A DNA stretch of 64,000 bases, from positions 28,224-92,223 of the forward strand of contig CALWPK010000006.1 in NCBI GenBank assembly GCA_944383415.1, given 5' to 3'. This document shows, in pieces, positions 39,142-48,344 of the stretch. The position numbers and the translations under genes are program-made. Below the pieces are notes generated by a model. That model was not told where the DNA came from and did no database searches. It saw nothing but the letters and a program-made list of their open reading frames with translations. Every line of letters starts with the position of its first letter. Positions within the stretch are counted from its first letter, which is position 1. The stretch comes from an uncultured Clostridia bacterium (GTDB lineage Bacteria; Bacillota; Clostridia; Christensenellales; UBA1242).

Positions 39142-39192
39142 ATAAGTGTATAATAATGTACGGAAAATACAAATTAATACAAAGGAGATAAG

Positions 39193-42100
39193 ATGGAAAA
39201 TCAAGAAAAGAAACCAAAGTCAACCAAGAATACAAACGCAAAGGATGTAGAGAAGAAAGTCTCTACATCGAAAGCAAGCAAAGCGAATGCCACCACTCAA
39301 GAAAGAGCAGTGAAATCTAATGCTAGTAAGCAGAGTGCAAGCAAGAGAGGTGTCAAGACTGAACCTAAGCAGACTGACGAGGTAGTGAAAGGTCAAGAGG
39401 TCGCTGTAGACACAGCAGATGTGGAGAGGAACAGTTCGAGTGACGACTTCAGTATACAGAGTCAGGGCGAGAGGATCAAGAAGAATGCGGGTAAGAATAG
39501 CAAGCGAAAGAAAGCAGCGATAGCCACTGCTGTAGTTTTGCTGGTCACAGCGAGCGTAGCAATACCTACAGCGGTATACCTATCTAGAAGGAAAGTGTCA
39601 GTAGATATCTCAAATAATATTGACGTGATACAAGAGTATACAGTAAATATCAAGCGAGGTAGCACGATCAAGGACATAGTTCCACAAGAGATCACGGGAT
39701 ATACATTCGTAGGGTTCTACAAGGATGCCGAACTCACCGTGCCATACAAAGATACGGATAAGATAAATAAAAATATGACCATATATGCCAAGTATGAGGC
39801 GAATGTATATAAGGTGACCTTCCCAACCAGCCCAGCATTCACCATTGAGGGCGAGGATATAGTGAACAACCAGGTAGAGATAGAGTACAACACAGAGTAT
39901 AGATTCAAACTAAATCTCGCTACAGGTTATAACGAGAGCGATATCACAGTCAAAGTGAATGGAGAGACCATCACACCAGATAAAGAAGGATACTATACTC
40001 TCACAATCTATGGAGACACACTAGTAGAGGTAGAAGGCGTGGAGATCAACACCTATGAGGTGACATTCTATGATAGCCTAGAGAAAAACGAGATATATCA
40101 AAGACTAGACATAGATTACAACGAACTCTGCACCTACACAGGCGTCACTCCAACTAAGCATAGCACCCATACATATACCTACACATTCATAGGCTGGGTA
40201 GATGCGGATGGTAATCCGGTAGACCTCAGCACTACCAATATAGTGACCGATCTAGAACTCTTCGCCAACTTCCGAGAAGAATATATAGAGTACACGATAT
40301 CCAAGCCAGAGCAAGTGAATGTGAAATTCGGAGATCTGTATTTATCCAACACAGCCACACTTCACTATGGAGATATAGTAGAGATAACTTATGACACCAC
40401 AGAGGGACACGATGTCACTGCTTTTTCTGTATCAGGAGCAGAGAAAGTAGAGGGGAGTGAGAATCAATATAAGATCACAGGCAACCTAGTGGTCACCTAT
40501 AGTGAGGAGATACAGAAATTCACAGTGCAAATAGTGTCTAGCAATTTTGAATATGGTTCAATTAATCAATCTAGCATAACAGTAGAGTATGGCACGACAT
40601 ATACAGTGGAAGGGAATGTATTAAGATTTAGTGATGGACAGACTGTGACAGCCACACCAGAGACAAACACTGCTCAGTATACATATACTTTTTTAGATTG
40701 GACAAGTGAGAGTGGCACAGTCACGGGAGAGGCTACGATCACAGCGAACTTCACTCGAGAGACGAATACCTACACAGTGTCTATTCAGAGCAACAATACA
40801 GAGTATGGCACAGTGACTGAATCTAGCGTGACAGTAGAGTATGGCACGGAGATAACCGTCAGTGGCAATACGATAACGATAGGAGAATATGCGATCACTG
40901 CTACACCTACTACCAGCACAGCACAATACTCATATTCATTCGCTAGTTGGAGCACTGGCAACACTACTGTCACAGGAGAGATTACAATCACAGCCACATT
41001 CACTCAAACAGTACAGACATATACCGTGACTTGGCAGAACTGGGACGGCACCACTCTAGAGACAGACACATCAGTTCCTTACGGCACTACTCCAGAGTAC
41101 AACGGAGAGACCCCTACACGTGAGGAGACCGCAAGCCATAGTTATACCTTCATAGGATGGGATCAAGAGATAAGCCCAGTGACAGGAGACATCACATACA
41201 CAGCCATATTCGACTCTGAGATCAAAGCGAGTTATGACTTCACCATAGAGGACGGCATCATCACCTCATACACAGGAAATGACACATACGTAGTTCTCCC
41301 AAGCACATATTCACTAAGTGAACCAATGGCGGTCTATGATTGTGCATTAGGTTATAGCGTCCTAATGAATATCATGTCGGGAACTGGAAATTATTTTGAG
41401 ATGTTAAATTATTCACCATTTGGATTTTATTTAATAGAAGATCAAGTTAAGGTCTTATTTACTAATATAAATGAGTTTATAGAATACCTTAACTCAATTA
41501 CATCGCTAAATCTACCATTCCAAATTGAATTGATATATGAATATGAGGTAGAAAGTTTAGATTCAATGACTACAGATACCAGATTGTTAGCACTGTTAGA
41601 TTGGACAGATACAGCAGGAAACACATTTTCTATAGAAACTGCAGATGGGAAAACACTATCAGGTTTGACCAAAGCGAATTATATTAGCGAAATCAACGCT
41701 CTCTATTCGGATTCGGGCAACATTGATTCAGCATTTCCAGCCAAAGTGAGCATATCACCATATATGATGCAATACGCTGTACCAGGAGATGACTATGAGG
41801 TGACCAGCATAGGAGGTGGTGCATTCGGCGAATGTAGCAGTCTCACCAGTATCACTATACCAGATAGTGTGACCAGCATAGGAAATTCTGCATTCGAAGG
41901 TTGTACCAGTCTCACCAGCATCATCATACCAGATAGTGTGACCAGCATAGGAGAGTGGGCATTCTCAGGATGTAGCAGTCTCACTAACATCATTATACCA
42001 AAGAGCGTGACTAGCATAGGAGAGTATGCATTCTCAGGATGTAGCAGTCTCACCAGCATCACTATACCAGATAGTGTGACCAGCATAGGAGAGAGGGTAT

Positions 42101-42399
42101 TCAATAATTGTTATAATCTCACCAGCATCACCATACCAGATAGTGTGACCAGCATAGGATATTATGCATTCGAAGATTGTAGCAGTCTCACCAGTGTGAC
42201 TATAGAGAGCAATTATGCGTACGCGAATGCGGGTACAGGATATTATCAATGTGGATATCTTTTAGAAAATGCTACTGAGGTGAGGGTGCTGATCAGTTGT
42301 ATTGAAGAGGGTAGCACGAATAGTTATCTTGAGGACACAGCGACCTTCACCAAGACCACCTCTGAGGACGGACTATATTATATTTACACAAAAAGGTAA
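39193..42399 (+). CDS. Large membrane-anchored surface protein with Listeria-Bacteroides (InlB B-type) repeats and C-terminal BspA-type LRRs
   Basis: A Lys/Ser-rich ~105-aa N-terminus precedes a single TM helix ([23 protein letters not shown]). Multiple ~80-aa units with the ...YTFIGW... signature follow, then six 23-aa LRRs ([22 protein letters not shown]). Confidence 0.9.
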   Translation: MENQEKKPKSTKNTNAKDVEKKVSTSKASKANATTQERAVKSNASKQSASKRGVKTEPKQTDEVVKGQEVAVDTADVERNSSSDDFSIQSQGERIKKNAGKNSKRKKAAIATAVVLLVTASVAIPTAVYLSRRKVSVDISNNIDVIQEYTVNIKRGSTIKDIVPQEITGYTFVGFYKDAELTVPYKDTDKINKNMTIYAKYEANVYKVTFPTSPAFTIEGEDIVNNQVEIEYNTEYRFKLNLATGYNESDITVKVNGETITPDKEGYYTLTIYGDTLVEVEGVEINTYEVTFYDSLEKNEIYQRLDIDYNELCTYTGVTPTKHSTHTYTYTFIGWVDADGNPVDLSTTNIVTDLELFANFREEYIEYTISKPEQVNVKFGDLYLSNTATLHYGDIVEITYDTTEGHDVTAFSVSGAEKVEGSENQYKITGNLVVTYSEEIQKFTVQIVSSNFEYGSINQSSITVEYGTTYTVEGNVLRFSDGQTVTATPETNTAQYTYTFLDWTSESGTVTGEATITANFTRETNTYTVSIQSNNTEYGTVTESSVTVEYGTEITVSGNTITIGEYAITATPTTSTAQYSYSFASWSTGNTTVTGEITITATFTQTVQTYTVTWQNWDGTTLETDTSVPYGTTPEYNGETPTREETASHSYTFIGWDQEISPVTGDITYTAIFDSEIKASYDFTIEDGIITSYTGNDTYVVLPSTYSLSEPMAVYDCALGYSVLMNIMSGTGNYFEMLNYSPFGFYLIEDQVKVLFTNINEFIEYLNSITSLNLPFQIELIYEYEVESLDSMTTDTRLLALLDWTDTAGNTFSIETADGKTLSGLTKANYISEINALYSDSGNIDSAFPAKVSISPYMMQYAVPGDDYEVTSIGGGAFGECSSLTSITIPDSVTSIGNSAFEGCTSLTSIIIPDSVTSIGEWAFSGCSSLTNIIIPKSVTSIGEYAFSGCSSLTSITIPDSVTSIGERVFNNCYNLTSITIPDSVTSIGYYAFEDCSSLTSVTIESNYAYANAGTGYYQCGYLLENATEVRVLISCIEEGSTNSYLEDTATFTKTTSEDGLYYIYTKR
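41800..42213 (+). repeat. Six tandem 69-bp near-identical coding repeats (LRR units)
   Basis: GTGACC/GTGACT recurs at 41800, 41869, 41938, 42007, 42076 and 42145, an exact 69-nt period, with long identical stretches (e.g. AGCAGTCTCACCAGCATCACTATACCAGATAGTGTGACCAGCATAGGAGAG). Confidence 0.95.
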
Positions 42400-42408
42400 T
42401 GATTGAAT

Positions 42409-43389
42409 ATGCGTGAGAATTATAAGATATCTATCATCATCCCAGTGTACAATGCGATTAAATATTTGCCAAAGTGTATTGAATCTATATTGTCACAGAC
42501 TTATGGCAATCTGGAGGTCATTTTCGTGGATGACGCCTCTACGGACGGCAGTAGAGAGTATATAGAGAAGATTATAGATAGATTCAAACAAGCGAGATTG
42601 ATCAAGAATGAGACTAATATCAAGCCATTTTTGTCGAGGATCAAAGGGTTTGAGCAATGCACGGGAGATTTCGTCATTTGTTTAGACGGTGATGATTATG
42701 TCGATAGTGATTATTATGAAAAATTGCTGAATAAAATAGTCGAGACAGATGCGGATATGTGCATAGGAGATACGACGATGGAGGGCTATCAGAACATAAT
42801 CGATTCGTCCACATTTGATTTCCGTACGGAATATTATGAAGGCGGAGAATGCCTAGACTACTTGCTTTTCTCAAACGAGAATAGGAATTTCTCCGTCTGG
42901 AACAAACTGGTGAAACGATCGGTCTTGAATACTGCGCTAGAGGATATGAAACAATATAATAATATTGAAAATAAGATCAGTTTCAGTGACGATGTCATCA
43001 CATTGCTAATAGTGGGATACTACGTGAAAAAATTGGTGGCTATGTTGGGACCTTGTTATCATTATGTGTATCATTACGAGCAGTCTACGAACATCACAGA
43101 CAAAGATCAACTTGCATTTCAATTGTATAGTTTGAAAAGGGGACGCAATATTGCATTGGATTTTTTGGAAAAGAAAAATCTATTGGCTAAATATGAAGAT
43201 TCTATAATCAGGAGATTCAATAAATCCTTTCTAAAACTAAAAAATGATGCCTATGTCAATGGGTATATGAAGGATCCAAATATAAAAAAATCATTCGAAT
43301 CTACGATAGTTGATTTGCGAAATTCGAATTTATATGGTAATATGAAGAAAGTAAATATTTTCAAGCCATTTGAAAAATATAAGCATTAG
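42409..43389 (+). CDS. Family-2 glycosyltransferase (paralogue A)
   Basis: ISIIIPVYNA, IFVDDASTDGS and a DGDDY DxD-type motif are present. The ATG at 42409 is preferred to the TTG at 42403. Confidence 0.88.
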   Translation: MRENYKISIIIPVYNAIKYLPKCIESILSQTYGNLEVIFVDDASTDGSREYIEKIIDRFKQARLIKNETNIKPFLSRIKGFEQCTGDFVICLDGDDYVDSDYYEKLLNKIVETDADMCIGDTTMEGYQNIIDSSTFDFRTEYYEGGECLDYLLFSNENRNFSVWNKLVKRSVLNTALEDMKQYNNIENKISFSDDVITLLIVGYYVKKLVAMLGPCYHYVYHYEQSTNITDKDQLAFQLYSLKRGRNIALDFLEKKNLLAKYEDSIIRRFNKSFLKLKNDAYVNGYMKDPNIKKSFESTIVDLRNSNLYGNMKKVNIFKPFEKYKH

Positions 43390-43442
43390 ATGTTTCGTCC
43401 ATCTAGGTTTGATTTTGATAATATTTACGAAATATATGAATT

Positions 43443-44429
43443 ATGACAGAGAAGAAAATATCTATTTTAATACCAGTATATAATGTGAAAAGATTTCTGC
43501 CTAAGTGCATTGATTCGCTAGTCAATCAGACCTATGGCAATCTTGAGATTATTTTCGTGGATGACGCCTCTACAGACGGCAGTAGAGAGTATCTTGAGGA
43601 AAACATTAATAGGTTGAAAAATGCGAGATTGATCCTGCACGAGCGAAACAAAAATTTGTTTTTGACACGAATCTCTGCTATGCGTGAGTGTACAGGAGAT
43701 TTCATCATCTGCCTAGATAGCGATGACTATGTGGACTATGATTATTACGAAGTGCTGGTCAAAAGAATGATCGATACTGGGGCGGATATGTGCATAGGCG
43801 ATATGCAGTTTGAGAACGGGGACAAGAAATTCGATAGATTTTCTAATGCAAGATTCGAAAAAGATTGCTACCTAAACGGCGAGTGTATTGACTATCTTCT
43901 CTTTTCGAATAACAATCAATTAATTTCGGTTTGGAACAAAATGATCAGTCGCAGGGTGCTGGATCGCTCGCTCACAGATATTGAGAAAATGGTGGATGGT
44001 GCGGAGGGTATAAATGTGTGTGAGGACAATATTTTCCTATTCGTTTTCGCGTACTATACTGAAAAACTTGTACGTGCCACTGGATCTAAATATCACTATG
44101 TACAACACGACAATCAATCGACCGTTTTCAATGACAAGGACAAATTAATTTCACAACTAAATAGCCTACAAAAAGCCGTTGATAGAATCATAATTTTTTT
44201 GAAAGAAAGAAATCTGTATCAACAATATGAAGACCGGATATTGAATAAATATAATTCGGTTTTTCTATTTTTGAAAAACAAGGTATATCAAAACGGATTT
44301 TCAAAAGATCCAGAGATTAAAAAAGCGTTTAATTTTGATTTTAAATCTAAATTTAAGTTCAAATATTCAGACAAACCTAAAATAAATTTATTTAAATTCG
44401 ATAATTTTAAAAACATAAAGTTAAAATAA
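43443..44429 (+). CDS. Family-2 glycosyltransferase (paralogue B)
   Basis: ISILIPVYNV, IFVDDASTDGS and DSDDY are present. It has the same length (328 aa) and is collinear with paralogue A. Confidence 0.88.
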   Translation: MTEKKISILIPVYNVKRFLPKCIDSLVNQTYGNLEIIFVDDASTDGSREYLEENINRLKNARLILHERNKNLFLTRISAMRECTGDFIICLDSDDYVDYDYYEVLVKRMIDTGADMCIGDMQFENGDKKFDRFSNARFEKDCYLNGECIDYLLFSNNNQLISVWNKMISRRVLDRSLTDIEKMVDGAEGINVCEDNIFLFVFAYYTEKLVRATGSKYHYVQHDNQSTVFNDKDKLISQLNSLQKAVDRIIIFLKERNLYQQYEDRILNKYNSVFLFLKNKVYQNGFSKDPEIKKAFNFDFKSKFKFKYSDKPKINLFKFDNFKNIKLK

Positions 44430-44513
44430 TATTACAAATACAAATCACTACTATTGGCGTTATCCAAAATAGACTCCGTAGAGTTTAATTGATCACATAA
44501 ATTTTGTAAAATT

Positions 44514-44563
44514 AACAGTTTGATACTCATTATACTTTTGAGTTTACATACTGTTATTTTTTT
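44514..44563 (+). terminator. Possible terminator after the glycosyltransferase pair
   Basis: AACAGT...ACTCA pairs with TGAGT...ACTGTT in an interrupted hairpin, followed by A-T7. Confidence 0.4.
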
Positions 44564-44740
44564 CCGTATCAATTACATAAATAATATACATAAAATACTT
44601 TCAGAAAATAAACGCAGATTATAATTATAAAACGATAAATTTTGATTTTTAATCGCGAAAAGATAGAAAATATCATTTTGATTATCAAATAAGTTGCAAT
44701 TTTTTTCAATATTTTGTAGTATAAACTTATAGGAGAAATT

Positions 44741-45307
44741 ATGAACGAAAATGTTGAAATGGCAAAAATGGAATTTGAGGATAATTTGAACAAACAATTC
44801 AATAGGTTGATCGACGAGTATATGATGATCAGGGTCGGCAGGGCAAACCCTAAGTTGATAGAGAATATCAAAGTCGACTATTACGGCACACGCACGCCGA
44901 TCATTCAGACTGGCAACATCACAGTGCAAGACGCACGAATGCTCGTGATATCCCCTTGGGATGCTAGCACCATCAAATCGATTAAGGCAGGGATTGAGTC
45001 CGCAAATTTGGGAGTATCGGTAAGCGATGACGGGAAGATCATTCGCGTGGGGTTCCCAATTCTCACCGAAGAGAGGAGAAGAGAGTTTTCAAAAGACGCA
45101 AAAAAACTTCTGGAAGAATGCAAGATTGCTATGAGGAACGCGAGAAGAGACTGCTTGGATATTTTCAAGGATATGAAGAAGAATTCTGAGATTAGCGAAG
45201 ATGAGTATGTTGCGCTAGAAAAAGATGTGCAGAAATCTTTAGATACTTTCACGGAGAAAGCAGATAAGAGTTGTGAAAAGAAAATTGCAGAGATAATGGA
45301 AGTGTAG
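44741..45307 (+). CDS. frr: Ribosome recycling factor
   Basis: RVGRANPKLIENIKVDYYGTRTPI and the PILTEERRREF motif are present. Confidence 0.96.
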   Translation: MNENVEMAKMEFEDNLNKQFNRLIDEYMMIRVGRANPKLIENIKVDYYGTRTPIIQTGNITVQDARMLVISPWDASTIKSIKAGIESANLGVSVSDDGKIIRVGFPILTEERRREFSKDAKKLLEECKIAMRNARRDCLDIFKDMKKNSEISEDEYVALEKDVQKSLDTFTEKADKSCEKKIAEIMEV

Positions 45308-45308
45308 A

Positions 45309-46028
45309 ATGAATTTTGAAAAATTGAAAAATGATCCAAGACTGCCACAGCACCTCGCTTTCATAATAGACGGCAACGGCAGATGGGCAAAACACAGGGG
45401 GCTACCAAGAAGTCTAGGGCATAAAGCGGGCTTTGACAACCTCAAAAAGCACACTGAATACGTGGAACAGTTGGGAATAAAAAATTTATCTCTATATTGT
45501 TTTAGCAAAGAAAACTGGAATAGACCTAAGGATGAGGTTGACTATTTAATGACGTTATTTGATCAAATGTTAGACGAATACAAACGCGAATATTTGAATA
45601 GAGATGTGCGAATAATTATTTCTGGAGATATGGATGATATCAGGATTCCTGAGAGTGTGAGGGAAAAAGCAAAAGAATTGATGCTACTCACTAGGAATAA
45701 AACTGGATTTGTCATCAATCCTTGCATAAATTATGGTGGTAGACAAGAAATCTTGAAGGCGGTCAATGAGTTACTGCAAGAGGGCAAAAAACAAATAGAT
45801 GCAAGCGAATTCGAAAAACATTTGTACACAAAAGATTTGCTCCCACTAGATTTCATCATTAGGACATCTGGAGAGTTGAGGACTAGCAATTTCTTGCCAT
45901 ATCAGTCTACATATAGCGAATGGTATTTTCCGAAAACTCTTTGGCCTAGTTTTAGCAAAAAAGATTTGGTACGTGCGCTGGTCGCATATTTGAAACGCAA
46001 CAGACGATTCGGAGCAATAAAAGGATAA
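45309..46028 (+). CDS. uppS: Isoprenyl transferase (undecaprenyl diphosphate synthase)
   Basis: HLAFIIDGNGRWAK and IRTSGELRTSNFLPYQSTYSEWYF are present. Confidence 0.96.
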   Translation: MNFEKLKNDPRLPQHLAFIIDGNGRWAKHRGLPRSLGHKAGFDNLKKHTEYVEQLGIKNLSLYCFSKENWNRPKDEVDYLMTLFDQMLDEYKREYLNRDVRIIISGDMDDIRIPESVREKAKELMLLTRNKTGFVINPCINYGGRQEILKAVNELLQEGKKQIDASEFEKHLYTKDLLPLDFIIRTSGELRTSNFLPYQSTYSEWYFPKTLWPSFSKKDLVRALVAYLKRNRRFGAIKG

Positions 46029-46030
46029 AG

Positions 46031-46930
46031 ATGAAACAAAGATCAATTACAAGTTTTTTTATAGTTTTGGTGGTGGCACTCGCGGTCGCTAGTAAATTTT
46101 TGCCTTATGATATAGGTGATTACGTTTTCGATCTATTCATTTTGTGCGTCACAGTGGTCGCATCGTTTGAAATGAGTCACTTGATGGAAAGTTGCAATAA
46201 AAAAGTGAACAAATATCTTTCTTCAATGTATGCAATTTTCAACTATATCATTTTGATATGCTGTTTTAAACTGCTTGAATTTTATTATATCCTTTTGATC
46301 GAACTAGCAGGGTTAATTGTGTATTTTTGCCTAATTTTGATCACAGAGTCTATCAAAAACAATGCTAGGACTTTCAAAGAAAACGTAATGGTCAGTTTGA
46401 ATAGTTTTTTAGTGTGTTTCTATCCTGGATTCTTGTTTTGTCTATTCTTAAATATTAATCATATTGATTTTTATGCAGGTGTTGAATATTTCTCAATTGC
46501 TTTTATACTGCTCGTATTCGCCATCACTATGCTTTCAGATACCTTTGCATACCTTATCGGTAGAACACTTAAAGGACCGAAACTTGCACCAACAATTAGT
46601 CCGAACAAAACAATTAGTGGGGCAATAGGTGGTCTATTGGGCGGAATCGCTGGCAGTATGCTAGTATATGCTTTGTCATACAATGTTGATTCAATGAGTT
46701 TAATCCTCACTATGTACAATCTTTCTTGGTGGCATTTCTTGATCGTGGGGTTGATCGGATCGTTGGTTAGCCAAATTGGTGATCTGGTTGAGAGCAAAAT
46801 CAAGCGCGTTGCAAATATAAAAGACAGTGGCAACATCTTACCTGGTCATGGCGGAATGCTAGATAGAATCGATGCTATGATTTTCTGCGTCACATTCTTG
46901 TATGTAGTATGCTTCATTATTATTCTCTAA
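46031..46930 (+). CDS. cdsA: Phosphatidate cytidylyltransferase
   Basis: The signature ESKIKRVANIKDSGNILPGHGGMLDRIDA is present. Confidence 0.93.
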   Translation: MKQRSITSFFIVLVVALAVASKFLPYDIGDYVFDLFILCVTVVASFEMSHLMESCNKKVNKYLSSMYAIFNYIILICCFKLLEFYYILLIELAGLIVYFCLILITESIKNNARTFKENVMVSLNSFLVCFYPGFLFCLFLNINHIDFYAGVEYFSIAFILLVFAITMLSDTFAYLIGRTLKGPKLAPTISPNKTISGAIGGLLGGIAGSMLVYALSYNVDSMSLILTMYNLSWWHFLIVGLIGSLVSQIGDLVESKIKRVANIKDSGNILPGHGGMLDRIDAMIFCVTFLYVVCFIIIL

Positions 46931-47112
46931 ATTAACATAAATAATGCAGTTTATAATGCATTATTTTTTATAGCAAAAACTAAATTTTGAAATAAAAATT
47001 AGATCAAATTGCAAAAATTGTATTATTTTATAAATAAAAACATTTTTCAATTATTTTTCTTGCTTTTTTTCGTTATAATTATTATAATTTTTTAGTATAA
47101 TTAAAGGAAAGT

Positions 47113-48288
47113 ATGTCCAATTTGCTTAGTATAACATCTGTATTCACTTATATTGGCTATATTGTTTTAGCCATCATTGTTTTGCTATTTATGGTGCTAA
47201 TTCACGAATTAGGGCATTATACCGCAGGTAAAATCTTAAAATTTAAAATCAATGAATTTAGTGTCGGATTTGGTCCTAAATTGATACAAAAAACCAAAAA
47301 AAATGGAGAGAAAATTACCCTAAGAGCACTGCCATTGGGTGGATATTGTGCTTTTGAAGGAGAGGGGGAAGATGGACAAACTAATTCCCAAGCGTTTAAC
47401 AATCAAAAACCTTGGAAACGCCTAATTGTACTGTTTTTCGGTGCCTTTTTCAATTTCTTGAGCGGTATAATATTTTCATTTATTCTTTTAATATCCTCAG
47501 GCTACGATTTGGTAGAAATCAAGAATTTGAACGAAAATTCAATTAATTATAATACCTTTCAGACAGGAGATGTGATTTATGGTATTGATGGTACTGATAT
47601 AGATTTTGTCCACGATGAATATTTCAACAATTTGCTTACTGTGAGTGTGACTGAATATTATTCTAAATATGCTGGTAGCATTGAAGATTTACAAAATGAA
47701 GTTTCATTTTCTGATGATGGAAAAACTTATTATCTTGATACTCAATCAATGATTTTTAATGTAAGGCGTCAGGGCGAAGATATTGAAATCACGGGTTATA
47801 TTAATGTCATTTATAATGACAAAGGTGAGTATGCTGGATGGTCACTTTATAGTACAGAGCAAGCGGATTCGAACGAGTTTGCCATTGGGAATTATAAATA
47901 TTCATTTTGGGAAAGTTTGATTGAGGCAGTTCCTTTCACTTGCAAATGGGCTTGGAAAATCATCGTGATATTCGGTCAATTGATTATTGGTCAACTTTCT
48001 TTGACATCGCTAGGCGGACCAGTCACCACGATAAACACCATCGCCTCGTATACTCAGACTGGAGGTTGGGCATATTTGGCGGTGTTGTTGCCTCTGATCG
48101 CCATAAACTTGGCAGTTTTCAATTTGCTACCAATACCTGCTCTAGACGGATTCCAAATGATATTCGTAATAATAGAATGGATCAGGAAAAAGCCGTTGAA
48201 GCAAACTGTGATTAATACAATCAATAATGTCGGACTAATAGTATTATTGTGTTTTGTGGTATTGGTTGATATACTGCAGTTTGTGTGA
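47113..48288 (+). CDS. rseP: RIP metalloprotease RseP/RasP
   Basis: HELGHY lies in TM1, with a central PDZ-like segment (GDVIYGIDGTDI) and the C-terminal NLLPIPALDG motif. Confidence 0.92.
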   Translation: MSNLLSITSVFTYIGYIVLAIIVLLFMVLIHELGHYTAGKILKFKINEFSVGFGPKLIQKTKKNGEKITLRALPLGGYCAFEGEGEDGQTNSQAFNNQKPWKRLIVLFFGAFFNFLSGIIFSFILLISSGYDLVEIKNLNENSINYNTFQTGDVIYGIDGTDIDFVHDEYFNNLLTVSVTEYYSKYAGSIEDLQNEVSFSDDGKTYYLDTQSMIFNVRRQGEDIEITGYINVIYNDKGEYAGWSLYSTEQADSNEFAIGNYKYSFWESLIEAVPFTCKWAWKIIVIFGQLIIGQLSLTSLGGPVTTINTIASYTQTGGWAYLAVLLPLIAINLAVFNLLPIPALDGFQMIFVIIEWIRKKPLKQTVINTINNVGLIVLLCFVVLVDILQFV

Positions 48289-48292
48289 TTTG

Positions 48293-48329
48293 GTCAGGAT
48301 TGTTATAGTTGACAATTCTGACTTTTTTT
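48293..48329 (+). terminator. Strong intrinsic terminator after rseP
   Basis: A 10-bp stem pairs GTCAGGATTG (48293-48302) with CAATTCTGAC (48313-48322), with one G-U pair. T7 follows at 48323-48329. Confidence 0.85.
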
Positions 48330-48337
48330 GATATATT
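48309..48337 (+). promoter_or_regulatory. Sigma-A promoter with extended -10 embedded in the rseP terminator
   Basis: TTGACA (48309-48314), a 17-nt spacer ending in TGa, then TATATT (48332-48337). The next ATG (48345) lies 7 nt downstream. Confidence 0.55.
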
Positions 48338-48344
48338 TACATTT

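Noticed and set aside
41800-42213. A possible CRISPR-like array, given regularly spaced repeats.
   Set aside because: The period is 69 nt with no unique spacers. The whole unit is repeated in frame inside a long CDS and translates to canonical LRRs. No cas genes or leader are present.
41793-42249. Minus-strand ORFs of 103 and 71 aa with internally repetitive sequence.
   Set aside because: They are mirror images of the 69-bp LRR coding repeats. The periodic sequence simply avoids stops in the antisense frame.
39193-42399. Base composition of the adhesin gene as evidence of horizontal transfer.
   Set aside because: A hand count gives 27/60 G+C at 40021-40080. Core genes give similar or higher values (28/60 in ruvB at 16801-16860 and 31/60 in tsf at 38281-38340). 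The gene is therefore not compositionally foreign, and it is the hypothetical genes that are unusually AT-rich.
44569-44929. Two overlapping minus-strand ORFs (100 and 118 aa) in the GT2-frr intergenic region.
   Set aside because: They lie in AT-rich intergenic or promoter DNA, overlap the frr 5' end in antisense, and lack an SD and any recognisable features.
44905-45348. A 147-aa minus-strand ORF.
   Set aside because: It is antisense to frr and uppS, both of which have unmistakable motifs, and no independent signals support it.
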